A stretch of 53,677 bases of DNA, filler included, from Jimgerdemannia flammicorona (taxonomy: Eukaryota): assembly GCA_003990765.1 (NCBI GenBank). It is 3 parts of 3 records of this genome, joined end to end, with 100 filler letters (N's around TTAATTAATTAA, not from the genome) between each part and the next. Parts side by side here need not be neighbours in the genome. Positions count along the whole stretch, not along the records: positions 35,853 to 53,677 come from RBNJ01002394.1; 2 more parts are not named here. One strand, 5' to 3'. The number at the start of each line of letters is the position of its first letter. Position 1 is the first letter of the stretch. The notes beneath the pieces are model-generated. The model worked only from the letters and a program-made list of their open reading frames with translations, searched no databases and had not been told where the DNA came from. The position numbers were made by a program, and so were the translations under genes. Below are positions 45,942-53,677 of the stretch, one piece after another.

Positions 45942-46990
45942 AATTCTTCTTTCATCTTCATACTAACCATTTGTCGGTAATGTCATTTCTCGCTGTGCTC
46001 TAATAGCGCGTCAGCTCTGTGCGCAATTCTTCACACAAAATAAAAAAATAATCGCTATCAATAAATCGCTTTGATAAACGCCTTTGTCATTTTCCTCACA
46101 TGGTATATACATTCGGATCACATCCACCATATGCGCGTGGCATGGTACTATGGCACACCCATGTAATCGCTTGCCACGACTTTTTTAGTACAAGAACCGG
46201 TGTTGTGTTGTGCTTACATGCGCCTTCCTTCCGTGATAATCGACGTCGACCAAAATCTCGTGCTAGCCCGGAGACAACCGGTTATGACCTACGCGCCAAC
46301 GATCCCACATAAGGTTATGCATATGGGATTTTCTGCGGTCTGCCGTTGACGTCGACAATCTGAGATATCGGCCCTACTCAGCGACGCTCCGTTCTGTGTC
46401 AAAAATAACCAACTCGACAACGGTCACACCCCCAACCACCCGAAACCCTCTCGAACACATGGGACGCACGCAGAACAGTGTGCACGACCACAACATTGTT
46501 CGCAAGTGGTTATCGTCGACCCAAAAAAAGATTAAAAGTTGGGTTCTGTATAAATAATAGCATTGCGGTCTCTTGATACTAATTTCCCACTTCTCAGCTC
46601 AATAGTGCCTGATAGTTGGCACACTAGCATTGCACTTCTTGTAAACGTTCTCGCCCATAATAGTCGTGGGTGACTTGTAACTTTACGACCGAATGGAGGG
46701 GGATGCCCACAAGTGATCGCTCCGGCCATTAGCACCGACCCGGTGCCTGGGGCATAACATGCCTGAAACCACCACCACCAGGTAGTCATCACGAAGCGAC
46801 AGTGTCCTCGAGTCTTGGCACATGTTAAGGAAATCGTCACCCCCAAGATGAGTTAAAAAACCGCCTATGACAATCACACGTGATGCGGGTTTACTTTTCG
46901 TACGGAAGAGATGATCGATGGGGGAGTATAGTGATGTGACCCTCCAAACAGACAGATACTGAACTACCCACCTTGAGACAAATGAGGGGT

Positions 46991-47134
46991 CCTTACCCCA
47001 TAGCTTTACCCTACCCCACACCTTCACCTTATCCCATACCTTCACCTTACCCCATACCTTCATCCTAACCCACACCTTCACCTTACCCCATACCTTCATC
47101 CTAACCCACACCTTCACCTTACCCCATATCTTCA
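46991..47134. repeat. 18-bp minisatellite, 8 units (consensus CCTTACCCCATACCTTCA)
   Basis: Directly visible. Confidence 0.93.
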
Positions 47135-47487
47135 AGCGTCCAGCAACATTGTGTTGTCGCCGTTCTATGTATCGAGTTTGAATGCGACGAACAAAGCAAA
47201 TGGTTATGGTTCTGGAGAATTGTCATCGAACGAGACAGCCGGTTGGGAATATTAGAGCCTCGAGAGTGAGGGCATGGTTGTTTATGATAATGTACATCAT
47301 TACATAGGCACGGGGACAAACCTCCAGGCTACCCTTGTGAATCACGTAAGATCAGATGGCTTTAAACGTTTGATACATATATATCGGGTCGGTCACGAGA
47401 CGCGACAATAAATACACTTTTCGCACCTCAAATCGAACTTGTTATCGCCAAGTTTGTGACGTTGTCTTGACCCAATCTATCAAGAGG

Positions 47488-48549
47488 ATGGACATTGGCT
47501 CAATCGTAACGTAAATGACTCCATCTCTCCTATACCATCAATACTCTGACTCTAGGATTTTTTTTCTTACCTCCCCCTCTCCGCTTCATAACTAGCCAAC
47601 AGTATGGCAATGGTGACCACAAAATGGTGCTCGAAGACGCTCCCTTCACAACTCACGAACCGCTACTCCGACCGCTCGCTAACGGTGGTTGCCAGCTCCC
47701 CCCCATACGACCGTCGCTACGCGCTCTTCCACCAACCACCAACATGCCGCCACTACTGCTATCTTCTGTGTCAACCCCGTCATCGAGATCACCGCCAAAG
47801 GACCATCACTCCGCAATAGCACCTTACCCGAGCAACAAGGGTGGTACAACAAATACGCTGCCCATGAATCCGCGAAGACACGCGCACATAATTTCGGAGC
47901 AGAAGCGCCGCGAAAATATCAACGCTGGGTTTGATGAGTTGAAGGGCGTGGTACCGTCTTGCACAAACACAACAGATTCAAAGGCGACAATATTGAAGAA
48001 AGGTGGGCTTCTATATGTACAATGTGACAGTTAAGACAGGTGTGCTTCTGCACATTGCAATATTAAGGAAAAGTGAGCTTCTACATGTTGGAGTGAAAAT
48101 TTGCCAATGCGATAATGTTTATAGTAAGCGGAGATATCCAAAGTTAATATGGTGGTTCTATTGTTCACACTAGCGCCCCATACGTAAATGACCAACCATA
48201 AATATTTTTATTCTCCACAATTTATCCTCCAGCTGCCGAACATATCCGGAAACTCCAATCTCAAATCGACCAGTTGCGCCAGGAAATCGGCCAAGTTGAT
48301 TATCATCAGCATCACAATCACCCCGCACCCGATATCCCTCTGAACTCCTCTGCTCTGCCAATGCTTAGCCCGTCCATGATGGCCCCCTTATGGCAGCCCA
48401 AGCTCGAGTCGTACGGCTCGGATGTTGACCTGGACGGTGCGTTCGGCCCGCCGCCCGGTCTGTATGGCCAAACAGGGCCAGCAACCGCGTTTATGGCACG
48501 ATCTGCTGGGTCGTTAAGGGATTACTCTCGTAGGCGGGAGGAAAGATGA
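47488..48549 (+). CDS. bHLH(-Zip) transcription factor, Max/Mlx-like; exons 47488-47510, 47596-48002, 48233-48549
   Basis: RRHAHIISEQKRRENINAGFDELKGVVP...SKATILKK|AAEHIRKLQSQIDQLRQE. The first exon (MDIGSIVT) is inferred from in-frame splice sites. Confidence 0.85.
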
Positions 48550-49803
48550 CAGATGACAGACGGGTGATGAGGAGCTGGTGTACAATTTTGGATAACTTAC
48601 CGTGACTTGTAAAATATGCTTTAACGCCAGATATTTCGTCGCATGTTTCTTTGCATACTTATTTTCTTTTTTTTTTCTTTCTTTTGTGGTTACTCACTCT
48701 ATGACTGAATGAATATGCTCCTTGGATATCCCTCACTCGAAACAAGGAAATTTTTTTATAACAATCATGTCGGAAGCCATGACCTGAAAACTTCCATTAT
48801 CATCTTTTACGGAATCGCGATGCTTATGTATTTCTAAATTTTTCAATATGGGTTTTGTAGGAATTGAACGTGACCCTCATGTCATAAGCAATTAAATGTG
48901 CGGATGTGAAACCCCCTGTGACCGCTTTATATGGAGCTCACTTGATACTTTTTTTTTTGTGTTCCATCTATACCTCCTGTAATACTGTTTTTTTTTTTTT
49001 TTTTTTTTTTTATTCTGTCCATAATCTCCATCCGTCCGTCCGTCCGTCCTTACACGTGATTATGTCCCGAATATGCTTTTGGTGCTTCTGTATAGTATGT
49101 AAAATATAGCAACCAAAATAAAATTTATAAGCTTAAAAATACAATCTGCAATAGCATTCTATTTACAACTATAAAATATTAGAGAGTTTAATATTGATCA
49201 TTGATTAATATAGTGTTATATATACTGCAGTTATAGTATAATATATTATACATATAATATTAAATATCAGATATAATTCTTTAATTTTATATCAATAAGA
49301 TTTTATATTATATAACTGTTTTAAATTATAAATTGTCAGTATTTCAGCATCTTAATTTTCAGCTACATCAGGAATTTTAGGATAATATATCTGTCCCCCT
49401 TTTTTTTTTCTTTTTTTTTTTTTTTTTTTCTTTTTCTGTAGCCTAATAGATGTGCTGAATCATCCCCAGCAACAAGGTCAGCTCGGTGGTGGCCCAGACA
49501 GAAAATGATGATGCACCCTGATGTTTGGGACGGAGTAGCGAAGCAAAGCATTTAACGATGACATCTCTGCAGGGCCACTCACAACCATCATGTGAGGAGC
49601 CGTCCCAGATATATACGTCTCAATGCGTACTTCCCCTCTCTATTTCAACATTACGAGACCCACGATTAAGTTCACTCAGGCTTTATATGATAATGGTATG
49701 TACTACTAAAGCCCGCGCAGGTATTGTGGTAAATAAAGTGACAAGTGAGAAAGAAAAGGATGCAATCCGTCCAAGCGTGCCATACTTTTTTTTTTTTTTT
49801 TTT

Positions 49804-50565
49804 TTACGATAGGTAGCAGCCATAGTGATCGGGGAGCGCACCTACGGGTTTGAGAAGACAATGGTTGCCGTCAGTATCATGGAGAACATGTGATGTCACC
49901 GGCAAAGAGCTTTCATAGAAATAATATGCCAGATCAGTATGGTTTGACTTACCAGCGGCAATGAGCACTATGTCAACGACCCACCAGATACCACCCAAAC
50001 CGGCAGTGACGAGCTTGAGAATTCCAGTGAAAATATAGCCAAGGTAGAAGCGATCGACACTGGAAGGCGGGGCAGAGGATTAGTTCGTGGATCACGTTTA
50101 TGTTTGCAATAGCGGGCATGTGTGTTAAAACGGATATTGTTGAAGTGTTGACAATGGCCTCGTTTTATGAGGAACATTTCGGTACTGTACTTGGGACACG
50201 ATTCGCGAAAAAAACACGTAGGCATAATCTCCAAAAACTATATTATGGTAACGATTACAATTTGTCGGCAAGGGTCTTGGAAGACCTTGTACATACCCAA
50301 GAGGTCCCAGGAAGATCGAGAACAGGAGGGCGGCCAACCAACTCCTGTCGGACTTGCAGCGATCAGGTTCTTCAGGGGCTCCAATGAGGATGTCGGTAGA
50401 CCAGTGGTAGGACAGGACGAGGACAGCGACGATAGAGAGGAGGATGATCCACGCGGCAAACCACCTCTTGCGGTGTTCATGGTGGCCAAGGTGACGGCGG
50501 ATCGCGATGAAGAATCCACCACCCTCAACATGGCCTCCAGCTTCGACGGTACCGTAGTCAGCCAT
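49804..50565 (-). CDS. TM2-domain membrane protein; exons 50565-50297, 50059-49953, 49841-49804
   Basis: KSDRSWLAALLFSIFLGPLG|VDRFYLGYIFTGILKLVTAGLGGIWWVVDIVLI is the TM2 signature. Confidence 0.88.
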
Positions 50566-52140
50566 GATTTGTACTTAGTAGTTTTTGTGGGGAATGTAGT
50601 GAGATTGAAAGCACTGTGAGAAAAAAAAAAAAACTGCGATGGCTTATAAAAGGGTCGGAGGCTTTTTCCACAGTGACGAGGCTGCTGTACGGCGGGATGC
50701 CATTCCGGGTTTGTGCGACTAAACAGTTCGCATCATGTGTGTGACGGACTGCACCTTGTGTGAGAAAACTTGACATCTCGAGCCTTCCGCGCCTATTCTT
50801 GTAATATAAATAACGTAAATACTGATGGACGTGCACGGCCAGACGACCGTGCGCGGCCCGCTTTGCCATCGTGGTCGCGAAAAATTTCGGATAAACCATT
50901 CGGTTCTCTTGTGCGCCAAACAATCATCCTATCGCGTCCGTTCCTTCTTTCCTACAATCCACACCAAACATGTGATGTGACGCGTCAAAGCCACGAAGCA
51001 GCTTCGTTCCCGTCGTACAGACCGAGTGTTCTGGAGAGAAATCCAGCCTAACGGCATTTTATTAATGATCGATTCGCGCCATTTTTCACGGATCAGGGAG
51101 AGAAGCCTTGTGCACCAGGGTAGGGAATCCTTTAGTTCTCTTTGTCGCTCGTCGGTAAGCAAGTAAAGTGAGTCCGTTACTGGGTCCGGTTTACTTTCTG
51201 AAACCCCATTCCCCTTTTCAAGTGCATCGGGCTCTGGCTCCGGACACCATGATCCACTGAATTCCAAAAAAAGATCACGCCATTTTTGCCGCCCAGCACG
51301 GAAAGTCTCCGGTTGGAGCCTTGCTATCCGAAAGATGCGCCGAGTGACCGGTTCTAAATCTTGTTTCCCACCAAAGGATGGGCGTCAAATATTCCTCTCT
51401 GGTAGGTAGGCAGATGTCAGTGGTGCTCACGTCTCTGGTGTCAGACTTAGTAAGATCGAGAAGGTTCCGTCTCTCGGCTGGAAATCCTTCTGCGCTCTTT
51501 ATAACAATGTCATTGTATAAATTTACTGTACAAAGGTGCTGTACACATGTTCAAACTGTAAGTACTGTATATACAAACAATCTTATTAATATATGATTAT
51601 CGGAATCGTTATTATTTGATCCAAGAAGGTGAGACATTGTAGTGTGATACAAAGTCCAGCCGTTAAGCAAATAACTCCAATTTTGAGCCATAACAAACAC
51701 ATCATGGGAACAAGCCGCCCGGAACGAACCGACAATGGCAAGGGATGCTGAACAAAATAAGCACTCTTCCCCACATAATAATTGACCCACTGCTCCTTCA
51801 CCCCGCATCCTTGGAACCCCATGACAACCTCTTCCGCAAACGCAGCGTCACGTCAGCGGGGCACCTCGATCAGCGGCCGCCAGTCCGATTGGACTTGATG
51901 CCGTAGTCGCTAACGCACGTGAACGTAGTCGGCGGCACACAAGGAAAACATAATAGCGAAGTAGACGATGAGCGGGACTCCGACGCCGATGTTGTATGAG
52001 TGGGGCCGGAAGACGATCGTGTACCACCGATGATCCATAAGAGAAGCGCGTGACGACTGCGGAAAGATGAGCACGCTGCGCGCCACGGACCAGATGGTGT
52101 GCGATGGTGTGCGCCAAACCAGAAATCGGTGAGGATCGCG

Positions 52141-52176
52141 CAGTGGTCTCAGTGGTCTCAGTGGTCTCAGTGGTCT
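52141..52176. repeat. 9-bp tandem repeat (CAGTGGTCT)x4
   Basis: Directly visible. Confidence 0.9.
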
Positions 52177-53677
52177 TGGCGAGGTGGTTTCAACTCAGGA
52201 CCATGGCGATGCACCGCGCAAGCCCAACCAAGATCACGTCCGCGCGGTTAGGTGGGGATATGCAATAGCACCCTTGCATATAATCAGGTGCATCATCCAT
52301 AACGATCGGTATCGTTAGAATGGATAAGACGAAATGGCCGAGAATCATAAAGGAAGATCCAGACGAGACCTCGACATCTTCGGTTCAAGAGGTTGAACAC
52401 GTTCATCTGATTATATCGGAATTTGCTTCTACGGAATTGTGATGCACGCCTTCCAATGGGCGTTTCTGAATTATTGATACTAAGCAAATGGTCTAATAGT
52501 CTTAATAGTCTTCACCGAAACATTTTAGCATCAACAATCTGTTATCATCGCGCCGTTATCGGACCCATCACGTGACTGGACTGACGTCATTCTTTTCTAA
52601 TGATTGACTCCCTGTTGGCCTATACCATTCCTTCAAACTACCACTGCGAGAAATCACTGTCATGTAGTGCTAGTACTGTCCACGGTGTTCCCAAAAAATC
52701 TGTGAAGAATCGCTTGGCAATTGTTATTGTTATCATTCTCAAGATCGTGGTTGCGAATGTATACAGGTTTCTCGTATCATTGTCAAAATCACGGTGCCCC
52801 CCGAATTGTCAAATTTATTATCCCACTCCAACGTGTGCGCCCACTTCTAGCAGATTCTGATGGTCTAAAATGTTGTGTTCAAAGAGCATTACAAAGCATG
52901 TGGAGCTTTGCGGCATATAGCCTCATGCTTAACGGCTTGATTAAGCACAGTAAGATTGCATAGATTATTATATGCTTTATTTATAAGGGAACATCTCCCC
53001 CCCACCAAAAAAGGGGGGAAAGAAAAGAATGACCAATCGAAAAGCAGCCTTCTGTTCCGGAAAATAGATCGCAAAAATCAAATACTTTCAAGTTGCCAAA
53101 AGGTATCGTGCAATATTACCATATTACTGTCGTTGCATATGATGTGACCACTTTTGAAAAAGTTACTTTCTTCCTGTTTTTTGAGTCATACTAAGCCACC
53201 AGAGGTAACATTTTAAAAGTGGCCAACTCATAATATACTTATTGGGAAATGCAGTCACTGAAGACCAGAACCGGACTTTCTAAGTTAGTGTTGACTGTGA
53301 GCGCTCAATTTGGGAATCCGGGATGGTGTCAAACCCGGGCAAGTCAACCCACCTGGAGCGTTCCGACTCAAGGAATTGATTGCGTGGTGGCTTATGGCGG
53401 AGTTGGCCACTCCATGTGGTGTTGGAGAAGCGGTACATTCATGTTTATCTTTATGCGCTTTGTGGTAGGCATGTGAGATGCAAACAAATATGTCTAATCG
53501 AAGCGTCATCAGTGTCATTTGGTTATATTGCAGCTCCTACTGAGGGGTCATTTTCGGGCTGTCCAATGAAATGGCTAGTTGGTAAGCGCCGTCGACATCG
53601 ACAAACTCCCTCCAGAGGACAAGATTGACGTTTCGCAGATGCGGCGTTCTTACTAGGATTTTTTTTTTTTTTTTTTT

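Noticed and set aside
46683..47135. 150-aa ORF with KVWGKV repeats
   Set aside because: It is just the translation of the 18-bp minisatellite.
50929..53640. Scattered protein-like fragments (e.g. 50929-51267 minus, 53310-53430 plus)
   Set aside because: No recognisable domain or consistent exon chain. They may be pseudogene debris, but I cannot support a call.

Overview
Eukaryotic, intron-rich fungal DNA. It is probably from an early-diverging fungus such as Mucoromycota; this is inferred from gene content and intron style and not verified. Two 100-nt scaffold spacers (N-TTAATTAATTAA-N) split the window into three contigs. Contig 1 (1-17826) is a nest of decayed retroelements: L1/Tx1-like LINE fragments with target-site duplications (TSDs), a nearly complete CpG-depleted Ty3/Gypsy element and a second, younger Gypsy element. 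The first Gypsy has a pol carrying a Cys/His-rich domain plus a dUTPase, followed by an extra ORF3. The second Gypsy's apparent 2.2-kb LTR contains a ~350-codon ORF. Contig 2 carries a Tea4/Bud14-like SH3-RVxF-RA gene, an intronless F-box/ankyrin-like gene, an intronless copine with a zinc-ribbon insert and an EEF1AKMT4-like methyltransferase with a 5-nt microexon. Contig 3 carries a near full-length LINE with a second LINE nested in it, an AT-rich relic, a membrane-anchored GH9 endoglucanase, a bHLH-Zip factor and a TM2-domain gene. All calls are from reading the sequence and recognising motifs; no searches were run.
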